A DNA stretch of 64,000 nucleotides from Octopus vulgaris (GCA_951406725.2 OX597819.1:56420001-56484000); one strand, 5' to 3'; counted from the stretch's first letter, positions 41,324 through 57,888 are shown. The notes: generated from the letters alone by a model not told the origin. Translations and numbers: made by a program.

Positions 41324-42540
41324 GTGTCTGTGCGTGTGTATGTGTAGATATTTACATATGTGCCTGTGTCTGTATGTGGATCATTCCGCAAACTGGGTAC
41401 CTCTGATGGCAGCTGGTGTTATAGGATTCTTTGACGTAAATCTGCGATGAATATGAGAATCTTGTCTGTATAACATTGCCTTCTATATAATTGCTTTTAA
41501 TTATGCAGATTAAACGTTTAGCAAACTAAATGCCATCGGCAGCAACAATATGAATGAATGCGGCAACGACTACAGCAACAAAAACAGCGTTTAGAATGGC
41601 GTCGACAAAAACAGTTACTATGGTAAAGAAAAGTGCAAAGAACAATAAGGAGACCAACAATTGCTGGAACACCAAAAAATAGATTCAACATTATATTAAA
41701 AAAATAAATAAATAATGATAAAAAGAAGATAAGAACATCCGCTATCTCCGATTTCTTATCATCCATCACAATCGTAAACGCTACATGAACAAATAAAAAC
41801 AAAGACCAGAAGAAGATTAATTCAACGCTTCAACAAACCAAACTCGTTTCCATTATTAAAAAGAAATACAAAACTAAAACATACACAAGACAAAAGTATA
41901 AAAGCCAAAAAAAAAAAACAAATTATCAGTGAAACATTGTTCAGTTCAAAGAGTATTTTATTCAACTGAAGAATCCAAAAAAGGTTTAATAAAGAATAAA
42001 TATTTCTAGAGTGTTTCTAATACTTGTTCTATTTCGTCTTTTGTCGTATTGTAGTCTGGTGTTCTATTCTCTTAGTGCATAGCATTTTTGCTTTCACTTC
42101 GATGGTAACCGTTGAGGATATTACTCTGCTTTTTATTTTGTCTGATTTTATTTTTTTGTGGAACATATTTTCAACGATAACCGCGATATCTAAAGTTTCT
42201 CTGCAGTAGTTATTTAGCCCTAGGTCTTCGAATGATCGAGCAGACTTATGATCGACGCTGTTCCAGGCATGACGAGCCCTCATATTTGACAGACCAAATT
42301 ATTATTTTTTTCCTTCATTATTCTCTAAATCGGAGTTCAGACAGATTTGACTGCTATTTCTAAGAAGTCGAGCAACAATATTGTGGGTTCAACATTGGCC
42401 AGTTTTAGATATCATGTTAGTGAGCACTAAAAGACGCACGATTGCCATTGAATGAGCATTCTTTTAAGACAAATTATTTTTGGGGCAGTTAAAAATAGTT
42501 ATATAGATAAGTAGTTGATCTCTCTATTGAAATTTGCGCT

Positions 42541-42780
42541 GGTGGCCCAAAAGTAGGTTTGCAGTTATTCAACTATCTCTTTCGTATTCATATATCAACA
42601 GTCTAGAAATTAAAAACCATTATTCTATGCTATAATGAAACCATTATTCTATGCTAAATTGGTTAATTTTGCCAAGCTCCCTTTTCAGTTTGTACGATAC
42701 AAATTTAAATACAATAAAATGTTTTCAAAGAAACTTAAAGGGCCAACATGATAACTGTAAACCTATTTTGGGCCACCCTG
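42541..42780. mobile_element. Tc1/mariner-type MITE
   Basis: ~28-bp TIRs ggtggcccaaaagtaggtttgcagttat / ataactgtaaacctattttgggccaccctg. Confidence 0.8.
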
Positions 42781-42911
42781 TTGATAGAATGCTAGCGAGC
42801 ATACATCTACACATTTCATGTTGTTTAATTCTATACTCATTCAATAAAAAGACATGGAAGGACTACGATGTATTGAGGTATGTTAATGTCTGTGTGTGTG
42901 AGTGTGTATGT

Positions 42912-43000
<89 letters not shown>

Positions 43001-43282
43001 TGTGTACAAGAGGTCAAATTGGAAATATTTAGGTGGATGCTCGAACCAATAGAAATACTAGAAAAGCCTATCTTAAATCGTTCTGTACAGTCTCACGTAT
43101 AGAGCTGTTGGTTTTGTGTAATCCAAGACGGGCCTGAATGAAAGGAATGTTGATTCATATCGTTACAAAATGTTTGCCTTCTTGGTACGGCCAGAATAAT
43201 CAGGAAAGTATTAGATAGCTGAAAAGAATGGCTGGTATGGTACCGTAAGCTGCAGGTAGCAAGCTCGCCAACAAAATAATAA

Positions 43283-43325
<43 letters not shown>

Positions 43326-43337
43326 AGTAATAATAAT

Positions 43338-43546
43338 CCTTCCTAGTAGAGGCACAAGGCTTCAAATTTGTGGGGAGGGGACTTGTCAATTCTACACACC
43401 CCGGTGTTTCACTGGTATTTAATTTATCAATACCTGAAAGGATGAAAGGCAAAGTCGACCTCGGTGGAATTAGAACTCAGAACGTATCAACGGGTGAAAA
43501 TACCGCTTTCGTCCAGCGCGCTAACGATTCTGCCAGCTCGCCGCCC
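43338..43546 (-). mobile_element. SINE family 2 copy embedded in (TAA)n
   Basis: gaaaggatgaaaggcaaagtcgacctcgg...ctgccagctcgccgcc is the reverse complement of the 34092 head and core. Confidence 0.85.
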
Positions 43547-43752
<206 letters not shown>

Positions 43753-44371
43753 AAAGCAAATTTGTTCCTTGGAAAGGAAATTACATTATTAGATTTATAG
43801 GAGAAATATTTCATCGTTCGATGTTTAGCAAAAGAAACGGTGTAATAAATGTCATGCATACTCGTAATGGCGTTGTAAAATATCACGATCTCAATTGAGC
43901 TGGCCTTAGATTTACAAAAAGTGAATGTCAAAATAAAAGGATTGCAAGCACCTCAACGTTAAAGATCAATCTACATGCCGATTTTTGTAGTTCGGATCAA
44001 ACAACTTCTTCACTGAATAGATGTCCAATTAGAGTAAAATTAACCGGATTGTAATCATTAGATGTATGCATGCAATAATTTTTACGACACACCATCAACA
44101 TTTCATTCTAATTTAAAATTTTCGAAGCAAGAAACAAATCGTTTGGTTTCAAAAGTTTCGAAATAATAAAATTAATTTTATAAAAATAGCCAAAAAAACC
44201 CCCCAAAAAACAAAACAAATACCAGCAACAACAAAGCAACTAAGAAACATTTAAAACTAATTCTTTTTTTTTTCTTCTCTGTGGAATTTATCAAATACCC
44301 TTTTATTTTGGTTATACCAATTATTTTCCCTGACGTAGAAATAAGCTGGCATTCCTCTGTAGAATCTTCGT

Positions 44372-44449
<78 letters not shown>

Positions 44450-44677
44450 GAGGAGACGGAGGGAAGAGAGAGAGAGATATATAGTTTTTGACTCAGTAAA
44501 ATAATTTCACCGCAGAATGATGTAGCAAACTTTATGTATATGTGTGTGATGACTGTCAACTCGTTAATAGAGCATGAATCTTCTCAACTCTAGCGCTACC
44601 AGAGAACACAAACATACACTAGATAAAAGATCAAGAGAAAAAGTACGCGTATATATATATATGTACATATGTATATA

Positions 44678-44742
<65 letters not shown>

Positions 44743-44744
44743 GT

Positions 44745-44815
<71 letters not shown>

Positions 44816-44947
44816 CATGAGGAAATGTATATATATATATATATATATATACAAGGGGGTGGAGAATTCACAAAAATCACAAAAGACGAAGACAGGTGGT
44901 GTAGAAAACAAGCAGATTTATTAGTATAACGCTCGGGAATTGAAAAA

Positions 44948-44987
44948 GTCTTTAACGTTTCGAGCATACGCTCTTCCACAGAAAAGA
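44948..44987 (-). ncRNA. Variant hammerhead-like motif (A6>U core) in a short insert between (TA)n tracts
   Basis: Minus: ucuuuu-CUGUGGA-a-GAGC guau GCUC-GAAA-cg-uu-aaaga. Confidence 0.5.
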
Positions 44988-45959
44988 ACACAGAAAGAAA
45001 CAAGGAGAGAGTATATATATGTACTCGGAGAGAAAAAAATATATATACATATATATTGAGAGAGAGAGAGAGAGAGAGGGAGAGAGAGGAAGGGAGAAAG
45101 AGATGTGTAAAGGTAACGTCCAAGTATCAAGTTGTACGAAGTTAGTGACCTTCAAGAAATCCACAATAGACATAAAAAGACAACTTCCAGGAACAATGTT
45201 TTATTGGCGCAGACGGTTGTGAGTATTTCTCGTATCAAAATACGTTAAGAAGGAAAAAAAAATTAATTTTATAGTTCACGGTTCGCAACAGGGGTTGTAA
45301 ACGCGAATAAACATCTAAAAGTAAGGGAACAGGGTACATAAAATGCAGACTACAGGTCTTTGATTGATAGCGTAATGTGCTTCATTCCTTGGATTTTGAA
45401 TATATTTATAAAGAACTGCAAAGAACCACCTTCTCATATACTGACAGGGGAGGTAACCATGTCATAACTGAAGCTAGATCACTAGACTAGACAAGTTTAG
45501 CCTGTGAAATTTCAGGCTCGTCAGTAGTGACTACTCCATCACCGAAAGGTTTGGCTAAATCCAGAATGCCAGTATATATAGCATATAAATTTATGGCTGC
45601 TTTAGCGAAATGCTAATGTAAAACTTACAAAATATCGAAGGCAGCTGTTTTAATATACTGACATGACAATAGATGGTTCCTTGCAGCTCTAAGAGTTTTA
45701 ACTTTTATTTGAAGCAATATAGGTGTTACTAACTACCCTCAACCACAATTAGTGGTGATTGAATTATATATATACATACATACATATATATATGTGAGTG
45801 TTTGTTCATGTGTGTGTGCAAGCGGGCATGCATTTGTGTTTATTGAGTGATTGATAAGATGATCAAATTTCTATAGAAAATCTGTAGAGATGAACTTAAC
45901 AATGCTACTAAATATAGTTAGTGACTCGTGGGGTGATGTAAATAATTATTATGACTATA

Positions 45960-46500
45960 AAACAATCTAGTATTGCCTCAGTATTTAAAGGGTTGAGTGA
46001 GGGCTTTAACCAGCTTGCTACTGGCTGGAAGATTATCGTAAGTGATTTGCGAGGCAGACAAATGAAAACATATCTCGAGCGTTTCATCAGTAAACCCATA
46101 TGGTTTCGTCAGAAGAGGAAATACCATAAATGTGGTGCTCTAGGTGCGACAGATTAAAGTACATGCGCGAGGCGAAGAAAATGGCATTATATGTAGTCTT
46201 CGTTGATTTGAAGAAGTCATTCGCAGTGATAAACCGGTCGAGCCTACTGCTGTTACTCAGTTTGGATGCATGGAAATGTTCAGTCACATCATTACGTGCT
46301 TTTATATTGGCGTGTGAGCTGAAGTCACTGGAATTAATGGACTCTATCTCTGTGAAGTTGCATGATATAAAGGATGCCGAAAAGAACTACTTTCTTGCAT
46401 TATTGTTATGCTTGAGTGCGATATCCTGACACTAGACAGAATGTATATACGTAAGGACTTCATGCTAAGCTTTTTAAGACATAGCAACACAAGGTAAAGG
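45960..46500 (+). pseudogene. Highly decayed RTE-like RT fragment
   Basis: YVVFVDLKKSF resembles the RT motif F.DL.KAFD. Confidence 0.55.
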
Positions 46501-46701
46501 TGACATGCAAAGGAATATATATATATATATATATAAAGACAGTATCAAAAGTTAACAATCTGTGATTCGCCCTTGGCTAATTACAACTATAGTAGAGAAA
46601 AAGAAACACGTAGTAATCATAAAATTAGGTGAATGCCTGAAGCGTGTGTGTGTAGGTGAGAACATCAGTAGGATTGTAAAATCGTAATTTATTATATAAA
46701 T

Positions 46702-47043
46702 CAGTGGTTCTCAAACGGGGTCCATATAGTCCCTGAAGGTCCATATAACACTTTTAGGGATCCACGTAATAAAATAGTTAATTGGGCAAGCACTATGATA
46801 TCTTAATGCACTCTGAAAAAGTTTTGCTTTAGATATATGCGTTGACATGTATTGTAAGAAACAGATAGGATTCATTCTCTTACATTTTACATAGTTCCAC
46901 CTACACATTTTAATGTGTGACAAACTAAATAGGAATTTTGAAAGACGTTTCTATAATTTTAAAATACGATTGGCTATAGGAGCCCACCAGACTGAAATAG
47001 TAAGGTAAGAACTCCATAGATAAAGTATGATTGAGAAACCTTG
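46702..47043. mobile_element. hAT (Charlie-like) MITE
   Basis: TIRs cagtggttctcaa / ttgagaaaccttg (10/13). 8-bp flanks atataaat / gtgtaaat (decayed TSD). Confidence 0.65.
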
Positions 47044-47664
47044 GTGTAAATAAAATCTTATTTTAAGAATAATTAAAATTCAGGGTTAGAATGTGTTTTG
47101 CGTTCTCTTGTGTGCGCGTGCGAAAGTAAGTGTGCGCATGCATCCATGTGTGTGCATGAATAGAAACTAGCCAACAGAAAACAAAATAACAACAACAAAA
47201 AACAAAACAAAACAAAAACACGTGATTGTATACAACCTCCTGAGAGCAGAAATTCGTTTTTAGAGATAGGTAAATATCGAAGATAGATGCCATTTGTGCT
47301 CACTGAACAAATGTTGGCGTCTTAAAGGGTGAAGTATTAAGTGTACTTGATGTCTGGGTCCATTTCAACTAATAAATGCTGGAAATAATTTTGTGTTCCA
47401 CAGCTGTGAGCAGCCAACGGCGAAACTCAGAGTAGACAGTCAAGTTTTGTTGTAATAAATATTTGTATCACCAATCTATTGATTCCTATATAAGTTGATA
47501 TGTAAATATATATAACTTTCTGTGTAATTTGAACACTTACCTTACCATATATATGTACATGCATATATCTATATACATGTAAAAGTCTCTCTCTGTCTTT
47601 GTTTCTCATTCTTTCTCTCTCTCCCCTACACACACACACACACACACACAAACACGCACACACA

Positions 47665-47721
<57 letters not shown>

Positions 47722-47928
47722 GTATAAATGAATATGTGTATGTACATACATATATATGTATGTACATACACACACACGCACATATATAAATGTATGTACA
47801 TATATATATATATATATAAATATATATATGTATGAATATATATATATATATACAGTATATATATATATATATAATTTATATGTATATATATATATAATAT
47901 ATATAATATATATATGTATATATATATA

Positions 47929-48137
<209 letters not shown>

Positions 48138-48456
48138 GAGAGCCCAGATAACATGGAACTGTAACGGGTAAACGATATTCACATATTCAAGAATTTAATA
48201 TACAACATGCGAGCAAAATTAAGTGCCGTGAGGTGAATAGTTACCAGCAAATCAGGAGGCTGTCTACTTTTGTAATTTATTCATATATGGCTCTAGAGAG
48301 AATGGCAAAATATAGATAGACACGCACTTTGCCCTGCATATAGGAAAACGAGTTGAATGATGCATATAACTGCAAAATTAATTATATATGTGTTAATTCT
48401 TTATATACATATTCTGGAATTAATGCGTATGATTATGAATGTCATTATCTGTATGT

Positions 48457-48494
<38 letters not shown>

Positions 48495-48700
48495 ATTAGA
48501 TAATGCAAATTAGGAAAAAACTCAGTTAATTCATATATGTTACATATATTCTATATACATGTAAGTTTGTATGTATTAGTTCTGCGCTTTAATCACGGAC
48601 AACCAGAATATATATGCATATATATACATATACATACATACATACGTAGATGAATATAGTTCATGCATATACACACACGCACAGACGTGCACATACACAC

Positions 48701-48732
<32 letters not shown>

Positions 48733-48829
48733 ATACATTTGCTTACAAGCATATTTATGGTAAATATGTGTGTATGCATCAATCTATCGTCCTCTCTCAC
48801 TTTTAATCTCTCTTTTTCTCAACCTCTTT

Positions 48830-48865
<36 letters not shown>

Positions 48866-48873
48866 CAACACAT

Positions 48874-48906
<33 letters not shown>

Positions 48907-49018
48907 GATATATATATATACATACATATATATAGACACATATATATGCATATATACATATATATATATATATAGAGAGAGAGAGAAAGAGTGAGACAGA
49001 ATATACGCATATACGCAT

Positions 49019-49083
<65 letters not shown>

Positions 49084-49486
49084 CACCAACGCAGACACAC
49101 AAATGCATACGAATTCAGAAATATATTCATATCAGAGTACGCAAAAAAGAAATTGTGGACGAATACGCTAGATATATGCAATAACTTTGAATTCATAAAT
49201 ATATAAACATCTATAACCATGTAGACGTGTACATTACTCTGTGAGCAAATGTACAAGAATCTATCCATGTGTATATAGATATATACGCTTTTGTGTGTTT
49301 GCATGTGTATATGTAGGTTAGCTAATGTGTATGTGTGTATGTGTGTTCATTCACGTCATGCATTTACATTTGGACAAACTTCAAAATTTTCTTCGTTGAT
49401 TTGTTCATCAATATTCTCTTGCTTATATTCACGTGTGAAATACAGTCAGAATTGCATATACATGTACGTACATCTACTATCCATAA

Positions 49487-49636
<150 letters not shown>

Positions 49637-49701
49637 CGTGTTTGTGTATACACACACACACACACACATACATATATATTATATACCTGTGTGTGTGTGT
49701 A

Positions 49702-49736
<35 letters not shown>

Positions 49737-49869
49737 CTATATATATTTTCTCTTTTACTTTTAATGGCTTCAGCTAGCAGTCACAGGCTGGGGCCATGCT
49801 GGAGTACTTCCTTATAGTGTTTGGGGACTTCATTTCCGTTCTTTTTTTTCGGGAAAGGCTAGATGGACG

Positions 49870-50575
49870 AAGCTGCTTTTGTTTGGGCTACCTGCCGCGA
49901 TGTGGGCTCTACTGGGATTTTCAGGTAAAAATTTGTTCAGGTGCTGTTTGGAAGTTTCCACATCTACACGTTGCAGACCTAGTAAGTTCTGCAGGATGTT
50001 AAACAGTTCTAGTCCCCTGATACCCAAGCTGTTGCAAAACTGGATCCGTATCTGACATTAAGAAGACGGTATCCTTGGTATTATGCAGCGTGTCCAGTTC
50101 GGTGGTTGTTATGGCTTTTTTCTTCCAAAGTTGGGAGCTAGACTTTCTTTCTGGTATCTTTCATATTTATATCACTCCAGGGAGTAGAGCTTCAGTTCTT
50201 GTAACCACTACCAGTAGCTCATCCGTTTTACCGAGTCATTCTTCTTTGTGTAGTGGAACTGGATTCCTTGAAGTTCCACCACCAATTTGGTGCTCAGCGG
50301 CGACCACATTTCGGAGCAGTAATCTAGATGACTGAAGACAAATGTCCTCCATAAGAGTAGCAAGATATCCTTATTTCTGGTTCTGAGTGTTGCCATCCTG
50401 GCATTATGCACATGGAATGTTGCATCACTTCTCATGTGGATTCTTAGGTCACACACCGATTCTCACTCTGGGATTAGATTCCCCACTGGTCCTAAGTATT
50501 CTGAGTGTAGTCTATTTGTAGGCTGATAGCGGAATTCTTGAAACTTATCAGCATTGAACTGCGTTATTTTCATCA
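49870..50575 (-). pseudogene. Decayed CR1/L2-group LINE 3' fragment
   Basis: FNADKFQ, FVFSHLDYCSEMWSP, KLYSLE, GLELFNIL...HLNKFL. Confidence 0.75.
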
Positions 50576-50577
50576 TG

Positions 50578-50665
<88 letters not shown>

Positions 50666-50701
50666 CATATATATATGTATATATATATATATATATATAC
50701 A

Positions 50702-50732
<31 letters not shown>

Positions 50733-51454
50733 ATATATGTATATATATATATATATATATATAAACACATGTATATCTATATACGTATATATAAGCATTA
50801 TGTATGGATACATTCAGTCATATACACAAATACATATATGTCGTATATGTACATATTGTAAAGGATATGAAATTTATTTAATGGAATAATACATTAACTG
50901 CCCTATACCGTTGTCCGCCTATAAAATATAACATGAAATCATTTCAGTCGGACATGTTAATACCTAAATGTCTCTATTCATGCTGTTGTGGTTTTGTAGT
51001 ATTCCTATGTTGTTCATTTCTGCTGTACAAGTTGTTATTTCATTTCTATACAAGCTTTGCATTTCAAGTTCACAAACCCCTTCTTTTGTATATGAAAAAT
51101 AAAAATGTCGGCTTTTATTACTTGTTCCATTCCTTTGTTAGCTAGGCTTAGGAAGAGAGACGGGGGTAATAATGATGCATTTCCTTCCAGGCTGATGTCG
51201 ATGGCTAGGTTTCACTTCCCCTGATCGATGAAGCAGATTTTTTTTGTCTATATGTCTTTTTGTTTCTTCCCAAGCTAACGAGAAAATTCCAATTCATCTA
51301 CTCGATTTACTAGAAATAGCTGCCAGACAACTTTAGATAAATAAATGTAACAATGGACCAGTAGACATGGAAATTAGAATTTCCTCCGCTTGCTCCCCCC
51401 TCTTCTCTCTTCCATCTCCTCCTCCTACTACTACTTCTACTTATTTCAAGTTTT

Positions 51455-51588
51455 AGCACAAGGCCAACAGTTTCGAGGAAGGTGCTAAGTCGATTACACC
51501 GACCACAGTGCTCAACTGGTTCTTATTCTATCGACCCCGAAAAGCAAATTTGACTTCGGAGGCATTTGAACTCAAAACTTAAAGACGA
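51455..51588 (-). mobile_element. SINE family 2 fragment abutting element B
   Basis: agcacaaggcc...tatcgaccccgaaa...tttgaactcaaaac. Confidence 0.7.
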
Positions 51589-52143
51589 GCAGTACCAAGC
51601 AGTAGCTCTCATGGTTGCTAATCTTAACTAATTGGAAGTATTTTCATGTTATATGTTTTGTCTTTGGTATAAAAGATTGGCTACAACAAATATTCTACTA
51701 ATACCACATATTTGCTTTTTAGTTGCTTGACCATAACCAGTTGAGCATGTCCCTAAGTGACTGACAATATGTGCATTTCTGATCACAAGCAGGAGTAGTG
51801 AGGGAGTGTCATAGCCATGTGTTGAGAGGAATTTGTTGGGGCTTGAATAATTCACTTCTGGGAACATGGGTGTTTCGTTCATAATCCTTAAACAAACCTT
51901 ATTCAGGAACCTTTGTGCGGGATGGGTTACTCGACACGAAGAAAGTTCAAATTAGGCCCCAACCTGCAAGTTCATCTGTTGTTTATCGTGATATGACATC
52001 ATCATGTAGCGCACATATTGTTGTGATGCATGCAACTGGTGTACCCTTATCAGACGGGTAGCCATGATGGCTTCGCATAGCCATGATGGATTCGTATATT
52101 TTACCCCAGTGTCACTTTGATGGCATGCGCTTCTCTCTCACTC
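51589..52143 (+). mobile_element. Element B copy 4 (longest, older, undeleted)
   Basis: gcagtacc...ctctctcactc+(AAT)n. Retains the segment missing in copies 2 and 3. Confidence 0.82.
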
Positions 52144-53040
<897 letters not shown>

Positions 53041-54469
53041 ATAATAATAATAATAATAATCGAATCTTTACTGGATATAAGGGCTTATATATAAGGCATG
53101 AAATACTTTGGTATAAAATAGAAAATACAGATTTACAGCAAAATCAATACTGTAACAATATTTTAAACAATGAAAATTACCCAATTAGTTTTGAGGGGAG
53201 GAAACCTTAGAAGGCTAACCTTCGAAATACTAGAAAAACACCACGGTCGCCCTCCCCATTGGAACCCCGTCTAATATCACGTACATATTCAGAGCAAACT
53301 CATTTACTCGGATCAAATGTGAACTTGTATTCCCTTTGAACTCGTTGTTCGGAGACGCCTGAACCCATCCGGAATGGATGCTGCCACAAGTATAAGTAAG
53401 CACATCAGAGATATTTTAGCATTCTTTTCAGGTAGTGGCATGTGTGTTGAAGAATATATAGCAGCTATTTCTAGTCGCACAAGCGACTACATATTACACA
53501 TATTACACATACCTGATTCGTTCAACATTACGTTCTAGGCACCCACCCACACACACAAACACAAACACATACACGCACACATACGTACATATATGTGTAT
53601 GTATATGTGTGTTGGTGTGTATGTACGTATACTTTGAACTTTGATGTGTACATATGTATTGTGTATGCAATAATGCACATTTACCTGACTAATTAATTAC
53701 ATAACTTATACTGTAGGATGGATTGCATAACAGTGTGTCAAAATATGACAAAAACCAATCATTTCGTTCGGTGCATCTAACCTGCTGCACCTGTGCTGCC
53801 AGATAGATTGAAGATAATCTTTCAAATACTGTGTCATATAAGATATTACTGACGGCTTAAAATATTGATACATATGTGTTATATATAGAAAAACAAAATA
53901 GAACATAGATTTGTGCGTTGGCGGTTGGTTATGAACGATTTGAGTTAGCAATCTGGATTCGATTTCCGCTTTCCTCAAGTCACTGATGGCTCTTACGGAA
54001 GGTATGAATATATTGACTTTTCGTTATTCTGCTTCCCTTCACCTTTACTGCTTCGTATGCAAGAAATTATTTCGTATGACATTAAAGTGTAGCAACCGAA
54101 TTGAACCGAAATTGAAGCTTCATCATATTTAATTTATTTCCTTTGCCTTTACCATTTCCTCCAGAGCAGATTTTTTTTTGTATTACCTCTTTTCTGGTTA
54201 CATGAAACTAAAAAAAAATGCAAAAAGCAACATTGAAAATAACGTACAGAGACGAAAACGATCGATTGAATACGATATAGAAACAGCATCTGATTGATTA
54301 AGAGATCGATTATTTTGATAGTGTTTTTAGGGAAGCAAGACAATATGGCCTGTTCCATTTCAACTAGCTATTGGGTGTAAGTACCAAATTTTGTATGTAA
54401 AGATCAATATACTTGCTCTCTAGTTGATATAAAACAGTTAAGGAATAATATTGTGAATCCATTGCTGGG

Positions 54470-56468
54470 AATAAATTGTAATAGTAGGCATCTGTTGGTC
54501 TCGAGGGGCCATGGATCTGCACCCGAAGAAATCGCGTCAGCTGCTGGTGGTGGTGCAGTGTCTGTTGTGGATGTACAGGCCCACACGGAAGTGGCAGTCA
54601 CGCATACAGCGACTGCATTTTGAAAGAGCTCTCTCCCGGTGCTATTGATTTTTCCTACCGTCGAGTGTGCTTTTCCTTGATAGCGAGTTCGGGTTTTGCT
54701 TCAGCTCTCTTCATTCCCTTTTGCAGTATTTGCCTCTAGTGTGGGTGATCATTTTCAACCTCCTCCCATCTCAGGACGTTCAGATAAAACGACATAATAT
54801 CACTCTAACAGACGTTTTTGAAATGAAAATGAGATCGTTTTCGTGCTCTTGTGCCGGTTGACAATTCCCCATACAGGAGTTCTTTTCGGATCCTTCCGTC
54901 ATGCTTGCGATGAAACAACGCAAAAGATGCTGCTGGAGCAAGATGTGTATGCAGGCTATCTTGGCTCGGTTGAGAACTTCGGTATTGGTGATGTGGTCCG
55001 TCCACTTGATGTCCAAGATGCGTCTCAAATTACGAAGGTGAAAGACATTGAGACGCCACTCCTGTCTAGAGTAGAGACTCCACCTCTCACTGCCATAAAG
55101 TAATGTACTAAGGAGATATGCCTTATAGACAGCACTTTTTGTGTTTCCTGCCAATATTTTTGTTTTCCCAGACTCACTTTGTGAGCCTGCTAAATGTTGC
55201 GGATGCTTGTCCGATTCGCCTGTTGATCTCTGGATCCAGGGTAGAGCCGAGATAGGTGAACTGATGGACAACCTCCAGCTTGTATTGTTGACGGAGTAGT
55301 AGTTGGTGATGGTGGTGGTGGTGGTGGGGGGCGTGCTTGACACTTTGTATCTTCTTCAGACTGATAATCAGGCTGAATTCCTGACAGGGCTTTGAAAGTT
55401 TGTCCACGAGGTGCTGCATTTGCTCTTTATAGAGCGCTGTGAGTGCTGCATCGTTCGTGAACAGCATTTCTCTGATGAGTACCTGGAGCACCTCGAATTT
55501 TGCTTTCAGCCTTGACAGACTAAACAGTTTGCCACTTGATCTGGTGTGGAGGTCATGTCCCAAATGCATGTTTCAGCATGACTGCAAAAATGATGCCAAA
55601 TACGGTGAGGGCAAGCACACAACCCTGTTTCACACCGCTGCGTATGTTGAATGTCTCCGAAAAAAGAGCCGTCAAATTGAGCGAAGCCTTTTATACCTGT
55701 GTGAAATGATCGAACAATCCTGCAAAGTCTAGAGAAGGGTTTTGAACAGGCCGTTTCTACTGACTAGTTCAAAAGTCTTTGTGAGGTCGATGAAGGTTGT
55801 CTCTGCTCTCGGAACTTTTCCTGTAGCTGTTGGAAAGAGATCATGTCGATGGTGGAGGGTTTTGCTCTGAAACCACACTGAGATTCGGTGTATACACTCG
55901 CAGCGATTTTCTGTAGCCTATTTAGCCCATACGGGAAAATATTTTCCCAACGATGCTTAACAGTGAAATGCCTCGGTAGTTGTTGCAGTCGCTTTTGTCT
56001 CTTTTGTTCTTATATAGGGTAACAATGTTGCAGTCCCTCATGTCTTTCGGTACTAATCCCTCCTTGAAGCATTGACACAGTAGCTTCAGCAAATGGCTGA
56101 GTAGAACTCTCCTTGCTCATCTGATGATCTCTGATTGGATGCCATCCAAACCCGGTGCTTTTCCAGTGGCCAAGCCATCAGTGGCTCTGCTCAGTTCTTC
56201 AGCAGTTGGCAGTGCGTCCAGATCCTCCACGACAGGTATGTGCTCTACGATGTTTAGCACACTGTCCGAGATGTTTTTTTTTCCTTTGGCGTAGAGTTCG
56301 GAATAATGTTTCACCCATCTCATCAGTTGCTCTTTCTTATTCTTGATAACTTCCCCTGTTCTGTATTTGTGTGGAGCTATCTTCCTCTGGGTTCGGCTGA
56401 TGGCTTTCTTGATGCCCTCATACATTCCATTAATGCTGCCCGTGTCAAACGATAGTTGGATATCTGGG
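54470..56468 (-). mobile_element. Decayed 5'-truncated RTE-clade LINE
   Basis: GKAPGLDGI, NYRGISLL, FIDLTKTF, GVKQGCVLA, MLFTNDAAL, FTYLGS, LLYGSE.W, ELLYGEL. Multiple frameshifts. Confidence 0.9.
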
Positions 56469-56517
56469 GATAAATAAATATACATTATTATGGCAAGTAC
56501 AATAATAGCAGGAAGAC

Positions 56518-56584
<67 letters not shown>

Positions 56585-56691
56585 AATGGTTGTATACTGT
56601 CAATCTAACAAGAACGTGACAGTAGGGGGTACACCACGTTGTATAGCCTAGGCATCGAACGCCTCGACAGCTTCGAACATTTTTTCCGTGT

Positions 56692-56747
<56 letters not shown>

Positions 56748-57080
56748 CAGTAGCGATTCCGGCACTAGTCAATAACTCGGGCCCGTTTTATTGAGCCTGG
56801 TTGCAGGTAATTTATTTACCTTCAGCATCGGGCGGTCGTCTTAAATATGCCCTGAGCCAAAAAGTATCATTCGTAGCAGACGTTCTCTCGACATCGTTCA
56901 TTCGCGCCCAGTTCGGGCTCAAAAGTTACTGTCCGAGTTATTATCTGTACTCGTAAATATTAAAAGTAATTGAAATTCAATGTTTTCTTGAAATAATAAA
57001 TTTCTATAAAGATTAGGATTTAATTTCTAATCTGTGAAATGTCTTCGTTCTACTATGTTCTTAAAGGAACGAAACATTAT

Positions 57081-57732
57081 CTAGCGCGTAGAATCCCTAT
57101 CAGAGGATTCTCTATGTATTTAAATATACACCATATCGTATGACTAATATATAGTCTTTTTGACTAAAATTTTTTACGCGTTGGACCACTGGAATTGTAA
57201 TTTTTGATTGAATGTTTTTAACTTTAATTAAATTCCATTTCCCTTTGATATGATTGAATACTGCAAATTTTTGGATAATTTTCGGTTAAAAGTTGGCGGT
57301 TTATCGTAGTCAACGAATGGACTGCGATTGCGCAGAAAATTTGAAAAGTTAGGTCGTATGTACACGAGACAGGTAGCATATTTTGACTCGTGTAGATAGG
57401 TTGGTTCCCGCTGACGAAAATCAGACCTTGTAAGCTCTCTATGACTCGCTAAAAGAAGATTAGAAACCAATTGGTCCAGGAATCTAGACGGTAAATGTTT
57501 TTAATTTCCAAATTCATTCCTGTCGAATCTTATCCCCGATTATAGAATTTGGCTGTTCTTCCTAGCGCGTAGAATCCCTATAAGTGGATTATCTATGTAT
57601 TTAAATATACACTATATCGTATGACTAATATAATATATAGTCTTTTTGACTAAAATTTTTTACGCGTTGGACCACTGGAAATGTAATTTTTGATTGAATG
57701 TTTTTAACTTTAATTAAATTCCCCTTGATATG

Positions 57733-57736
<4 letters not shown>
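57081..57736. repeat. ~176-bp direct repeat (57081-57256 and 57562-57736) in an unclassified element
   Basis: ctagcgcgtagaatccctat...gatatgattg occurs twice, offset 481. Confidence 0.88.
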
Positions 57737-57806
<70 letters not shown>

Positions 57807-57855
57807 TATATATATATACATATATATAATAACGTTATATAACAACGATCAATTA

Positions 57856-57888
<33 letters not shown>

